Of a DNA stretch of 64,000 nucleotides, positions 32,293 through 41,942 are shown in pieces. The notes beneath the pieces were generated by a model. It had not been told where the DNA came from. It saw only the letters and a program-made list of their open reading frames with translations, and made no database searches. The translations under genes were made by a program, and so were the position numbers. This stretch comes from a virus. The DNA is taken from IMG/VR virus record IMGVR_UViG_3300018059_000011, positions 20,544 to 84,543 of that record. One strand, given 5' to 3'. Positions within the stretch are counted from its first letter, which is position 1. Every line of letters begins with the position of its first letter.

Positions 32293-32871
32293 ATGAGTGA
32301 TCGCATCGACCAGATGATCGCCGTCATCATCAAAAATGAAGGCGACAAGTACACGAACATCCCCGGTGATAAGGGCGGGCCGACCAAGGACGGCATCACG
32401 TTGAAGTACGCGCATGGTGTCGGTTTCATCTCGATGGACCTCGATCACGACGGGGATGTAGACGAGCGTGACATCATGCTTGTCACTGCCGAACTCGCGG
32501 CGACGCTTTATCGACATGACTTCTTCGAGGCGCCGAGGATCAGTAGACTGCCCGTCGAACTCCAGCCGCAGGTCTTCGATACCGCTGTGAACTCGGGGCC
32601 GCCCCGTTCGATTCAGATGCTTCAGCGCACGCTTGGCAAACTCGGCTATCGCACCGATGTCGATGGCGTTATCGGCCCGGAAGTCATCTCCAAGGCCAAT
32701 GCCGCTTGCACTGCTCTCGGCTGGGCCGTCGTCAACGATGCGGTCGTGGACACGCGCAAAGAGTTCTATCGCGTCATCGTCAAGATGGACCCATCGCAAC
32801 AGAAGTTCATTCACGGCTGGATCAATCGCGCCGAGTCCTGGTATGTGGACAAGAGAAAAATCGGCTCATAA
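32293..32871 (+). CDS. Endolysin, glycoside hydrolase family 108 with peptidoglycan-binding domain
   Basis: NEG...PGDKGGPTKDGIT; FDTAVNSGP; DGVIGP; KFIHGWINR. Confidence 0.92.
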   Translation: MSDRIDQMIAVIIKNEGDKYTNIPGDKGGPTKDGITLKYAHGVGFISMDLDHDGDVDERDIMLVTAELAATLYRHDFFEAPRISRLPVELQPQVFDTAVNSGPPRSIQMLQRTLGKLGYRTDVDGVIGPEVISKANAACTALGWAVVNDAVVDTRKEFYRVIVKMDPSQQKFIHGWINRAESWYVDKRKIGS

Positions 32872-32891
32872 TCTGGGCCGGAAGGTCGGGG

Positions 32892-32921
32892 TTGCCGATT
32901 GCCTTCCCGTGGGGCTATAAT
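32892..32921 (+). promoter_or_regulatory. Putative promoter
   Basis: gggTTGCCG-18bp-TATAAT. Confidence 0.65.
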
Positions 32922-32960
32922 GGTGTTCTGAGCAAATCTCCGCAACGGAAGGACAGTATC

Positions 32961-33146
32961 ATGGCCGATGTCAAGAAGGTAGTCGCCGATGTTTCCGCGA
33001 AGGCCGACTCCGCAGAGTCCAAGGTCGAAGCCGCGACCGGCATCAAGGGTTCGTCCGGGAATTGGTTCTCGGCGCATCCGGCGTTGCTTGTTATCGTGGG
33101 CCTCGTGGTTGTCGCCCTCGTCGTCCTCAAGGCGTGCGTGGGTTAA
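32961..33146 (+). CDS. Small C-terminally anchored membrane protein
   Basis: GAAGGA RBS; ALLVIVGLVVVALVVL TM segment. Confidence 0.65.
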   Translation: MADVKKVVADVSAKADSAESKVEAATGIKGSSGNWFSAHPALLVIVGLVVVALVVLKACVG

Positions 33147-33170
33147 GGCCCACGTCACAGGATTCGTCCG

Positions 33171-33569
33171 ATGAGCATTATCTCCGGTGGCCTGAGTCTT
33201 CTCACTGGTGGGGCGTCGTTCCTCAGTGGTGCGAAGTATTGGGTAATCGCCCTGGCCCTGGCTACGGCAATCGCCGGAGCCGCAGGCTACTACAAGGGAT
33301 ACACCAAAGCTACCGGCATTGCCGAGGACAAGCTCGTAGCCGCCCAGATGGAGATGTACAACAAGGGCGTCACTGCCCAGAAGAATTTCAGCGATCACCA
33401 GTTCGAGGTCGCGTCCAAGGACTTTAGCACCCGACTCGCCGCTCTCCAGAAGCAGAAGCAGAAGGTCATCACCATCACCGAGACGCTGCATGATCTCGTG
33501 CCGCAGGTCGCGGCCTGCACGGTGTCGCCAGCGGCGATGAAGGCCCTCAACGACGTGGTGACCGAATAA
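33171..33569 (+). CDS. Inner-membrane spanin (Rz-like)
   Basis: N-terminal TM, coiled coil, C-terminal Cys; lysis cassette position. Confidence 0.75.
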   Translation: MSIISGGLSLLTGGASFLSGAKYWVIALALATAIAGAAGYYKGYTKATGIAEDKLVAAQMEMYNKGVTAQKNFSDHQFEVASKDFSTRLAALQKQKQKVITITETLHDLVPQVAACTVSPAAMKALNDVVTE

Positions 33570-33874
33570 TGAACGCGAAATGGTATCTCCGGTTTATCGC
33601 GATCATGTCGTTCATGACGATGCTGACGGCTTGCGCGTCCACGCCCGATATTCCGTTGCCGCTGCCTCCGCAGTTGTGCAAACCCGCATCCGATCTCGTG
33701 GCGCCGAAGCATCTCAAGCGCGTCCCCGAAGTCGCGACCGAGAACGATCAGTTCTACTCGTTGTTCTTGATGGAACGCGCCGATCACGCCACGGACATCA
33801 AGGACTTCAATTCGTTGCTGCGGACCTGCGTCGATTCGACTTTGCCCGAGCACATTCCCGTTTTCGCCGATTAA
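33569..33874 (+). CDS. Outer-membrane spanin lipoprotein (Rz1-like)
   Basis: Lipobox LTAC followed by Pro-rich segment. Confidence 0.78.
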   Translation: MNAKWYLRFIAIMSFMTMLTACASTPDIPLPLPPQLCKPASDLVAPKHLKRVPEVATENDQFYSLFLMERADHATDIKDFNSLLRTCVDSTLPEHIPVFAD

Positions 33875-33886
33875 AGGACTACGCCC

Positions 33887-34153
33887 GTGGCCGACGACAT
33901 CAATTTTGAAGTACAGCGCACCCTCGGTCGTCTCGAAGGCGGACAGGAACAGATTCTTGACGAACTCAAGCGGTTGCGTGTGGACTTCAACGGCCATGTT
34001 GAGGCCGATGACAAACGCTTTGGCCGGATCGACGCTGATCGCAATAAGGCCAAGGGTGCGGGCTGGGCCATCCTCGGCATCTTCTCTGCGTGCATCACCT
34101 TCGTCGGCAGCGCCGTCCTCGCGGTATTCGAGGGCTGGGTGAAGTTCCACTAA
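33887..34153 (+). CDS. Holin-like / small membrane protein
   Basis: LGRLEG coiled coil plus C-terminal TM. Confidence 0.55.
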   Translation: MADDINFEVQRTLGRLEGGQEQILDELKRLRVDFNGHVEADDKRFGRIDADRNKAKGAGWAILGIFSACITFVGSAVLAVFEGWVKFH

Positions 34154-34240
34154 TGCGCGGCCTCCTCCGACAGCGACAATAAGACATATCCGATAATCTT
34201 CGCAGCTTTCGATAAGCTATGCCTTATCGCGACGCTTCGC

Positions 34241-34311
34241 TGGGGATTCGTCCAACGGTAGGACTCCGGGCTCTGAACCCGGCAATGCAGATTCGACTTC
34301 TGTGTCCCTAG
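34241..34311 (+). tRNA. tRNA-Gln(CTG); CTA follows the discriminator instead of CCA
   Basis: Acceptor TGGGGAT/GTCCCTA, D-arm GTCC/GGAC, anticodon arm CCGGG-CTCTGAA-CCCGG, T-arm GCAGA-TTCGACT-TCTGT. Confidence 0.9.
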
Positions 34312-34644
34312 CTAAGCGCCGTACTTCTCATTCCAATGAAATTTGCGATGGCAGTTTGAGCACAAAACATCGCACTTTGCGATCTCTGCGAGGATACTGG
34401 GTTTTCCTCTACCAGCGAGAACACCGTGCGTAATATCGAAAAGTTTGGAGAATGGATCACGGTGATGGAAGTCCAAGCAGGCCGGATGCGATTCGGGGCA
34501 ATGCGAGCATTTCAACTTAGCCCTCAACGCCTCGAACCATTCACGGATTTCTATTTTTCGGCTCCTGATTCTTTTGACCTCTGATACCCGATTACGAGCG
34601 TACCATCGGTTTTGGGCCTGAAGTTGTTTCGACCGATCTCTCAT
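34312..34644 (-). CDS. HNH endonuclease inserted at the tRNA 3' end
   Basis: CSHC...LDFHHRDP...EIAKCDVLCSNCHRKFH. Confidence 0.9.
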   Translation of the reverse strand: MRDRSKQLQAQNRWYARNRVSEVKRIRSRKIEIREWFEALRAKLKCSHCPESHPACLDFHHRDPFSKLFDITHGVLAGRGKPSILAEIAKCDVLCSNCHRKFHWNEKYGA

Positions 34645-34651
34645 GGCCCAA

Positions 34652-34680
34652 AAGATAGCCCATTCGTACCCTTAAGTCAA
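34652..34680 (-). promoter_or_regulatory. Promoter for the HNH gene (probably leaderless mRNA)
   Basis: TTGACT-17bp-TATCTT; ATG begins 8 nt after the -10. Confidence 0.65.
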
Positions 34681-34852
34681 GTCCGAATCCTGTGTCCCCA
34701 GCCAAGCGCCGCGATAACATATACGTTGTCGTCTTCACGGCTTTTGATAACGCAGATGTTGTCGGTGTCGCCGCCGTTATACTCACTTCGTCCATTTGCG
34801 GGTATAGCGGCCCCGTATCCGAATCTGGCCTCTTTGTGTCCTGATTAGCTTA

Positions 34853-35110
34853 TGGTGCTGTGCGGTTGCAAGTCTTTGGTGTCGTGCGGTTGCAAGTCTT
34901 TTGTGTTTCCCGAGCGGGGTCATTTCTCACTATCCCGTATCTCAGGGACGCGAAAGTTCCCGAGCGGGATCAAATTTGGCCGGTTGTTTGGCCGGTTCCA
35001 TGTCCGGTTTGAGAAATGCGCTAAAGGCGTAGTCTGGCTACGCTTTCGGGGCATCTTCCTAAACCGGGTGTCCGGTAGAATGTCCGCTTTTGGCCGGTTC
35101 TTTGGCGGTT
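34853..35110. repeat. Non-coding short-repeat region between the convergent arms
   Basis: 24-bp tandem TGGTG(CT/TC)GTGCGGTTGCAAGTCTT x2; TTCCCGAGCGGG x2; TTTGGCCGGTT x3. Confidence 0.7.
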
Positions 35111-35247
35111 CATCGACACGTCCGGGCGTCATGTCGTCGGCGACGACATCAGAGGCTCTAGGAAGGCCGCTGGCGGGCTCCATTTTTGGGATGGACCACG
35201 CGCCGGGGACGGGCCGGACCCAGCCACGGCCCGGCTCTGCCTGGGTT

Positions 35248-35694
35248 TCAGACCTTCTTGACCATCTTCCAGGCGGCGATCCCGTCGTCGTAGTAGTCCT
35301 TGATGGTCTTGGCCCGGTAGAAGCCGTACCGGCGGTAAAAGCGGATGCCCTGGTCATTGGTTGCGTTGACGTGCAGGCTCACGTCCTGGTGCCCCCAGCG
35401 CCGGGCGCAGGCCACAGCCTGATCCATGAGCCGCTGGCCCCAGCCTGTACCCTGAGTTTGCCGGGCGACCGCGAGGTTGGCAACATAGGTGCCGATCCCG
35501 TGCTTGCCCGAGTTCTCGACAAAGATGTATCCCCGGATGCTGCCGCGCTCGTTAACGAGCACGTACCGGCGTTGGTTGACGGGGTAGCACCGCATCGACG
35601 CCCACGATTGCGGGTCGGGGAACGTCAAGTCCAGGCGATGGACCGCCATTGCGTCGCGCTTATGGAATGCTCTGATACGAAGTTGTTCGGTCAC
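35248..35694 (-). CDS. GNAT acetyltransferase (RimI-like)
   Basis: LAV...QGTGWGQRLM...LHVNATN...FYRRYGF...YYDDG. Confidence 0.9.
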   Translation of the reverse strand: MTEQLRIRAFHKRDAMAVHRLDLTFPDPQSWASMRCYPVNQRRYVLVNERGSIRGYIFVENSGKHGIGTYVANLAVARQTQGTGWGQRLMDQAVACARRWGHQDVSLHVNATNDQGIRFYRRYGFYRAKTIKDYYDDGIAAWKMVKKV

Positions 35695-36581
35695 GATGAC
35701 ATATCCTCCGGTGATCTCCAACCAAGGAACTGGCACATGCGGGGATGGTCATAGCCACCGACCGCAAGGTATTGGAATTTGGCGAAGCGGCCAATGACGT
35801 TTTCCCGGTCGTTCCAGATCGCTTCGCGGTCGGCGTGAGTGAAGCCGCCTCCGATCTCGAATGTGCCGGGCCACTTTGGGTTCTTGCATACGAGCGTGCC
35901 CATGCGCTCGCGCGCGACCTTACCGGCCTTCGCCGACGACCGCTTTGCGCGGCCACGCTCATCGCGTGTCTTCTCGTTCGTGTTCTCGAACTCCTGGGTG
36001 ATGGCGACGACCTCGCCCTCATCGTCTTCCCACGGCTTCACTTTCAACAGGAACGCTTCCTTGAGCGTTGACCGTCCGAACTTGTACGGGGCATCGCCGC
36101 GTCGGAGGATCAAGCCCTCGTGACCGGCGGCCAGCGCCACGCCGAACAGGCTCTTGACTTCTTGCTGATTCCTGACAACGTGCTGGGCAATGATCTCGAC
36201 CCAATCGGGGAGTCCAGTCGGTATCAAGAAGTAGCGGTCATCGTATGTGCCTCTGACGAGGTAGTTGTCGAAGACGAAGAACCGAATCGTGGGTGCGCCA
36301 TCGTGTGACATCACCGCAGAGGTCGTGGCCCGGAAATTCACGAAGCCATCGGTCACGACCCCGATTTCGCCGTCGAGTCCGTGGGGCAACGAGGACAGCA
36401 GCGAGTGAACGTGCCGATTGGGGATCGGCTTCAGCGAACGTGTCCGTGGGCCGTCCGGTGTTACCACAGCGCGGATGCCGTCCATCTTGTAGGACGCCAG
36501 CAACGGATACGTGAGCGCCGAGAGATCGGCGGCGTCCACGGCCAGCATCGGCTCGAAGGGCCTGTCCACCGCCTTAGCCAT
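35691..36581 (-). CDS. ATP-dependent DNA ligase
   Basis: KMDGIRA, LDGEI, FFVFD, EGLILR, LLKVK motifs. Confidence 0.95.
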   Translation of the reverse strand: MAKAVDRPFEPMLAVDAADLSALTYPLLASYKMDGIRAVVTPDGPRTRSLKPIPNRHVHSLLSSLPHGLDGEIGVVTDGFVNFRATTSAVMSHDGAPTIRFFVFDNYLVRGTYDDRYFLIPTGLPDWVEIIAQHVVRNQQEVKSLFGVALAAGHEGLILRRGDAPYKFGRSTLKEAFLLKVKPWEDDEGEVVAITQEFENTNEKTRDERGRAKRSSAKAGKVARERMGTLVCKNPKWPGTFEIGGGFTHADREAIWNDRENVIGRFAKFQYLAVGGYDHPRMCQFLGWRSPEDMSS

Positions 36582-36873
36582 GTTCCGCGACCTCGGCCAT
36601 CTCGATCATGGATTGGAAGCGTGCGAGCGCGCGTTTGAAGTCTCCGAACTCTTTCTCAACGTCGGGAGCCACGCGCAGCAGCCAGTCGATGTTGCGTTCC
36701 TGCTGTGCCTTTGGCAACAGCGGATTGACTTCCTCCGGCCCGAAGCGAAGGGTCTTGGCCGCCGCCTGGACAATGACGCCGAGGGCGATCACGGTCTCAC
36801 CGGCCTCCTCGATCACATGCGCGAGGAATTGCTCGGGCGTCTTCTGCTTGGAAAGAAACTCGTCGTGTGCCAT
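36574..36873 (-). CDS. MazG-like all-alpha NTP pyrophosphohydrolase (putative)
   Basis: IEEAGE...KTLRFG...EFGD acidic motif. Confidence 0.55.
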   Translation of the reverse strand: MAHDEFLSKQKTPEQFLAHVIEEAGETVIALGVIVQAAAKTLRFGPEEVNPLLPKAQQERNIDWLLRVAPDVEKEFGDFKRALARFQSMIEMAEVAEHG

Positions 36874-36876
36874 TTC

Positions 36877-37460
36877 CTACCCCATTGGATTGAGAGATTC
36901 GTGCCGGGAAAGTTCTGTGATGCCATCGCTGTTGATGGCGTATCCTCGCGATGTGGACCACGCCCAACCCTTCTTCACAAGGCGCTGGCCCATCGCCCCG
37001 CCGATGCGACCAAGGCCCTGCGCTGACATCCCATAGCCGTTGCGCTTGAGGCCGCCGGTAACCGCGTGGCCGAGCGCCGCCGGGTAGACCTCGCCGTAGT
37101 GCTGACCGAGGATGCGAATGTACCGGGCGCCGTAGTCGCGTTCGAGCGCGCGATGCAGACACCGGAGGGCGGCGATCTGTTTGGGTGTCGTCGTTGTCAT
37201 CCTTCGATGGCCTTTTCGTCCACGTATCGGGCGTAGCACCATGCTGTAGGATTGTCGGGGTCGTGCGATGTAGGCCAATCCCGATAGATCGCAAGGGCGT
37301 TGCCGGACTCGTCGTAGAGGATTGGATAGACATCGCCGTCACGACGCATAGCGTGATGGAGATGACAGGCGACTACGCGGCCATCGTCATATCTGACGTA
37401 GAGAAGCGTCTCGGTGGGCGGATGGATGTCGTTGAACTCGTGCCAGTTTCGTTCGCTCAT
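36877..37460 (-). CDS. Two hypothetical proteins (36877-37200, 37197-37460)
   Basis: Contiguous minus-strand ORFs with ATGA overlaps. Confidence 0.6.
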
Positions 37461-37951
37461 GATCTTGTGTCCTTGTTCACGTCCCAGAAGCGCACTTTCT
37501 TCATCTTGGAGATCGTGGAGTAGCCTTCGGAGACGGCATGGTGTCTACCGTAATCATGACAGACGATCCGGCGCTCGAAGACGCCGTAGTTCTGGTATTT
37601 GAAATCGTTGAGGAAACGCGGGGCGGCGACCGGCAACTTCGTGGTGCCGGGGATGATCGGTGTCGTCCGCTTCATCAGCAGCACCGAGCCGTTCTCGGAG
37701 ATGTTGACGCACGGTGCCAGCCACGACGCCATCTTGGTGTCGCGAAGCTGGTCCCAGAGTTCCCACTCGGCCACGTTCTGAAAGCTGTGCGAGGCTCGCT
37801 CGATCTTGACGACCAGGGACTTGTCGAGCTTGCACGCGAATACGTCGCGACCGATTCCATAGCCGAGCTTCTCGCCGACCATCAGATCGAAGAACTCGCG
37901 TGAGATCGCGCTGGTGAAATAGACTTGGCGGACTTCAGAATCACGGGCCAT
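37457..37951 (-). CDS. Minimal protein-kinase-fold protein
   Basis: LGYGIGRDVF, VVK, QNVAEW, DFKYQNYG, HDYG. Confidence 0.7.
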   Translation of the reverse strand: MARDSEVRQVYFTSAISREFFDLMVGEKLGYGIGRDVFACKLDKSLVVKIERASHSFQNVAEWELWDQLRDTKMASWLAPCVNISENGSVLLMKRTTPIIPGTTKLPVAAPRFLNDFKYQNYGVFERRIVCHDYGRHHAVSEGYSTISKMKKVRFWDVNKDTRS

Positions 37952-38210
37952 CACAAATCTCCACGTAGATGTCGCCGTGGCAAGCGACATCGTGATCGGG
38001 TTCTTTACAGACACAGCCCAGCGTCTTGCCGGTCAGGTCTCGGCGGATGCGCTTCTGAAACTCCAGGTCAGCGAGGACATCGGTTCTGTGTTTGGCGATG
38101 ACCTCCTCGCGGGTTCCGTGTTTGCCGATGACATACTTGTTGCCGTAGATGCTGGGCCGGGTGATTCTGGTATCGCAGGGTTCGTACTTGATGTTGACGA
38201 CCCGTGTCAT
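37941..38210 (-). CDS. DUF4326-like protein
   Basis: RPSIYGN...GTREEVI...LTGKTLGCVC...CHGD. Confidence 0.85.
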   Translation of the reverse strand: MTRVVNIKYEPCDTRITRPSIYGNKYVIGKHGTREEVIAKHRTDVLADLEFQKRIRRDLTGKTLGCVCKEPDHDVACHGDIYVEICDGP

Positions 38211-38656
38211 TTTTCGAGGATCGCTTTCGAGGCAGCAGCCTTCGTGACCATGAATCCGTAGAGTGGGCCAGAGAGCCGGTCGGCAATGGCCTTGAGATGC
38301 AAGCGCCGCTCGATGCGATTGTGGGTCAGCCCGAAGGTCATGTGCTCTTGCCGGTGCGCGAGCAATTCCTCATTGTATCGGAATTGGGGATTGGTGAGAT
38401 ACCAGTGCCACCATTTCTCCGGGCTCCAGTTCGGCTCGCTCGGGTCTCTTTCGCCGGGCAGACCCGTGAAGTATTCGGCGAGTTGCCGACGCGAATGAAT
38501 CTCTTCGTGCGCGACCAACTCTTTCGGAATTGAGACCCCGGTCGGATTGTGGATGGTGTCGCCATAGCAGAAGAGAACGCCGGGTTTACGGCAGGCGGCG
38601 CCGAAGACCTTCTCGATCTCGGCGATGTTCGGCGGCAGCGTCAACGCGATTTTCAT
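38207..38656 (-). CDS. HExxH-motif hypothetical protein
   Basis: YGDTIHNP...AHEEIHSRRQ. Confidence 0.6.
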   Translation of the reverse strand: MKIALTLPPNIAEIEKVFGAACRKPGVLFCYGDTIHNPTGVSIPKELVAHEEIHSRRQLAEYFTGLPGERDPSEPNWSPEKWWHWYLTNPQFRYNEELLAHRQEHMTFGLTHNRIERRLHLKAIADRLSGPLYGFMVTKAAASKAILEK

Positions 38657-38883
38657 GGACCCGTTCCAATCACGATAGGGTTGATGAAGGCTGTCTCCTC
38701 GTCGTTAAGTCCTTGGACCTCGACGGCGCACCATTGTAGGAAGCCCGATATGACCGCGAGCATTTTGCATCCTGACCACGGCTTAACGCATTCAGCCGGT
38801 GACCGCACCACGCGCATCTTGGAGAAATACTCCTGAGTGAAATAGCAGGGGCCGCCGACAGCAACGTCGTAGTACGATGTCAT
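38653..38883 (-). CDS. Hypothetical protein
   Basis: ATGA-coupled ORF. Confidence 0.5.
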   Translation of the reverse strand: MTSYYDVAVGGPCYFTQEYFSKMRVVRSPAECVKPWSGCKMLAVISGFLQWCAVEVQGLNDEETAFINPIVIGTGP

Positions 38884-39320
38884 CGAAGTTCGTCCCTGAT
38901 CTTCATGAGCATACGGCCCAGGTGATTGAAGCCGAGGCCGCCGCATTGTCCCCAGAAGGTGTCGCCCCAGTAGTTGCCTTCGACGATTTCACCGTCGATC
39001 TCCGCGAGCTTCGCCGCGAGTTCGGAGCCACGGGCGAACTTCTGCCTCAACAGCGCCTCCATCACCGGGAGCTTGATCGCGTCCCAGTCGCGGCGCAGGA
39101 TGAGCTTCTGGCCGCGTCTCTTGGCGTCTCCCGGTCTTGGGCACATTGCCAACGACGCGAACCAAACCCATTGATGCTCGTCCGTTGTCTTCGCCGCTTG
39201 ATAGGCGTGCTCGACGGTCGGGTAATCAAAATTGCCGACGCCACGAACTTGCGCCGGGTAGAAATTCGAGAGCCACCGGAACTTGCCGGTGAAACTCTTC
39301 ACTCCCCCGCTTTCTTGCAT
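38880..39320 (-). CDS. NADAR (YbiA-like) family protein
   Basis: LSNFYP...TVEHAYQAAK...DWD...KF...EGNYWGDTFWG...NHLGRMLM. Confidence 0.92.
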   Translation of the reverse strand: MQESGGVKSFTGKFRWLSNFYPAQVRGVGNFDYPTVEHAYQAAKTTDEHQWVWFASLAMCPRPGDAKRRGQKLILRRDWDAIKLPVMEALLRQKFARGSELAAKLAEIDGEIVEGNYWGDTFWGQCGGLGFNHLGRMLMKIRDELR

Positions 39321-39532
39321 CCCAAGCTCCTCAGAAGACGGCGCAGGCCGGAGCGCCGATTCAACAGGCCCCGATAGTCGGAGGGTGTCCCCGGATACGT
39401 CGAGTAGTAGGTCTTGAGCCCGACTTTGAAGTAGACAGCGGGGTGCTCAGCCCGATGCCCGAACTCGTAGGTGGTTATCCCGAACGAGATCAGTTCTTCG
39501 GCGAGCATCTTCTCGAAGTCACGGCGTTTCAA
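39299..39532 (-). CDS. HicA-like small protein
   Basis: EHP...TPSDYRGLLN pattern. Confidence 0.5.
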   Translation of the reverse strand: MKRRDFEKMLAEELISFGITTYEFGHRAEHPAVYFKVGLKTYYSTYPGTPSDYRGLLNRRSGLRRLLRSLGCKKAGE

Positions 39533-39831
39533 AGGAACTCTCCGTTCTCGTCCACGCGCTCGAAGTTCTTCAGGCTGAGAATGGCGAAGTCTTCGTGCAG
39601 GGCTTGCGGTGACAGCGCGCAGTGATTATCCCGCGAAGTGATGTAGCCGATGACGGCCCGGATGCGGCGGCCAGTGTAGCCGTCGTGGTCGGAGGTCTGT
39701 TCCATGAGCACAACGCCGTCACCGACCACGAAGTTGCGGTCGTCCGACCGCCTAAGATCGTGGGTCTTGGCGCCGGTCCAGATCGGATCGAATTGCTTGT
39801 GCGATGATTTCAAAAAATGTGTCGTGCTCAC
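39529..39831 (-). CDS. DUF3850 / ASCH-PUA-like protein
   Basis: HFLK...FDPIWTGAKTHDLR..DDRNFVVGD...YTGR. Confidence 0.82.
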   Translation of the reverse strand: MSTTHFLKSSHKQFDPIWTGAKTHDLRRSDDRNFVVGDGVVLMEQTSDHDGYTGRRIRAVIGYITSRDNHCALSPQALHEDFAILSLKNFERVDENGEFL

Positions 39832-41942
39832 AACCGCCCCCTCAAGAATGTCCGAAGCTCGGCGTCGAGCCGGATCACGGAATGATGTGCCGGGTCCATA
39901 TCCGAAGCCTTGGTGAACTCCGACAGGATGATGTCGCCATTGTCTCCGAGTTCAATCGACAGCGTGGCCTCGCCGATTGCCAACAGGTCTTTCCCGTTCT
40001 CAGCGTGGCCCGGCAGGACTACGCCTGGGGTCTTGCGCTCAAAGATGATGTTGTGGTCGATGTCGGCTACCATCAGACCAACTCCTCCATGCCGCGCCAA
40101 AGCTTGTGGTCGTCCTCGTAGACGCGGAACCAATTCGGACTTTGCTCACCGCTGAACTCGGCGTTGAGGCTGTCCACAATCTTGGAGGCCAGCGGCTCGT
40201 CGATGTCCGTGCAGATCAGGTAGTCGGCCACGGTCTCGCGCGCGAAGTTGTCGGTCATCACGATCTTCATCTGTAGAACTTCTTCTGAATCCGCGCAGGC
40301 AGTTTCGTGTGGATACGGCCTTCGCCACGTTTAGGCCAGTAGCCCGGCACGCGGCGTTCGATGAACTCGACTTTCTCAATCAAGTCCGCCCGACTGCTGC
40401 TCTTGTGGCAGTAGTCGTGCAGGAATCCGTCGTCGCCCAGGACTTCTTGGATTGGGGAGACGCCGGAGGCGAGCGCGAGCATACCAAGGAAACAAAGCGC
40501 GTGCAAGACGATCAGTTCGTACTTGCGACGTTCCATGCGTTTCTTTTTCAGGATGGTGGACGCCCGCTCATAGGGAGCGGCCCGGCTTCCGCGTTCGCAA
40601 CGCACGCGCTCGCCGATGCCGCGTTTCTCGGCGATGTCGATGGCCTGCCGCTTCGATGTAGCCCAGATGTAGCCGCCGAAGACACCAGGGCGCATCGCCT
40701 GTTCCTTCTTGCCAATGGGCGCCCAGTTCGCTCGATAGTCTGTGATCCACCAAGCCATCAGTTTTCTTCCAGTGCGTCTTGGTCGGCTTTCATCTGCGCC
40801 CTGAGTTTGACTTCGGATTTGAGACGGGCGAGCCGAAAGGTGTAGATAGTCTTGGCCGTGGACAAGATCGCGGTTATGGTCATGGCCGCTGCGACGATAG
40901 CAACGAGCCAGTCTGGGAAGTTGATGGCGAACTCGACGTGCATCAGAGGCTCCCGAGGACGTTGACGACGGCGTTGGGGTAATCCCGCTTCAGGAGCTTC
41001 TCGGCGCGCACGGCCTGGGCCTCGTTCAAGATCATAGCCGTGCCTTCGTCCGGCGACAACGTGCAAGTCCGATGTGGCCGCAGCGGAGTTCCCATGCGAA
41101 TGCCGTTCGGGGTCTTCGCCTTGCGAGGTCGCCCAGGAGTATGCGTCACCTTGAAGCCGGTGACCCGCGAGTACGGACCCCCGTCTTTGCGATGGGCCAA
41201 GAACTTCATTTGGTGGGTGACTCCTCGTAGAATTGAGCGAGCTTGTTCACGATCAGGTCGAGCTTGTGATCGACCGGATGGGTGACGATGATCGGCGTCG
41301 CCCGCAGGCGCCGTTCCTTCTCGGCGAGGCACAAGGCCCCGGCCCGAATGAGATCGCGCTCAGGCGTCTTCGGTTTCCACCATTCGGGCGACCACGGCCA
41401 ACCCAGGGGAATGCCGTTGTCATCAACGGACAGCGGGATGACTTCGCCTTCGTAGACGAGGCCGCCCGCGTTCTGGTAGTAGATGATCGCGGCCCGCAGC
41501 ATCTCACTGCCGTCGTGGGCATCATCGTGCTCTGCGGTCCAGCCCTCGACGGCGATCTGGCGCTTTCTCTCGGTGATGAGCGCGGCGAATGCTTTGACCC
41601 TGGCTTCGGCGGCAGCGGTTCTCATTTGCCCTCCCAGAACAAAACCCAGTCCCGAGGGACTGAGCACCAAAGATAGTCCGGCGTCATTTCCCCTTGGAAA
41701 TTGAAGATCAGCTTGTTCGTCTGGTCGTAGAGGATCAGCGCCTTTGCGGGGCCGAGACCGTATTCCTTCAAGTACCCGGCGACGATGAAGTCGGACATCG
41801 GAAACAGGTTGTGCTTGTCCTTGAAGAGAATGGGCTCTCCGGTCGGCGGCATCTCGTCCTTGAACGTGCGCCAAACGAAAGGCCCGCGACGTACTGGCGG
41901 GGTCACGATCCGGGGGCCGTCTGGCCGATGTTGTTTGCTCAT
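39828..41942 (-). CDS. Run of seven small hypothetical genes (39828-40073, 40073-40270, 40267-40758, 40758-40943, 40943-41209, 41206-41625, 41622-41942)
   Basis: Stop/start-overlapping ORFs; 41206-41625 has the common phage ERxRQxxxEGWTxEHDD...WPW...WKP motif. Confidence 0.65.

Larger units (their letters stand above)
34291..34711 (+). repeat. Imperfect direct repeat of the tRNA 3' end flanking the HNH gene (34291-34321 and 34681-34711)
   Basis: 25/31 identical, 390 bp apart; second copy ends CCCCAGCCA. Confidence 0.88.

Noticed and set aside
34241-34314. Suppressor tRNA or stop-codon reassignment
   Set aside because: Anticodon is CTG (Gln); the CTA lies at the 3' end; genes translate normally with the standard code
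34852-35754. 300-aa plus-strand ORF with CGCKS repeat
   Set aside because: Arises from the 24-bp DNA tandem repeat plus the antisense of the GNAT gene; no RBS or genome-typical codon bias
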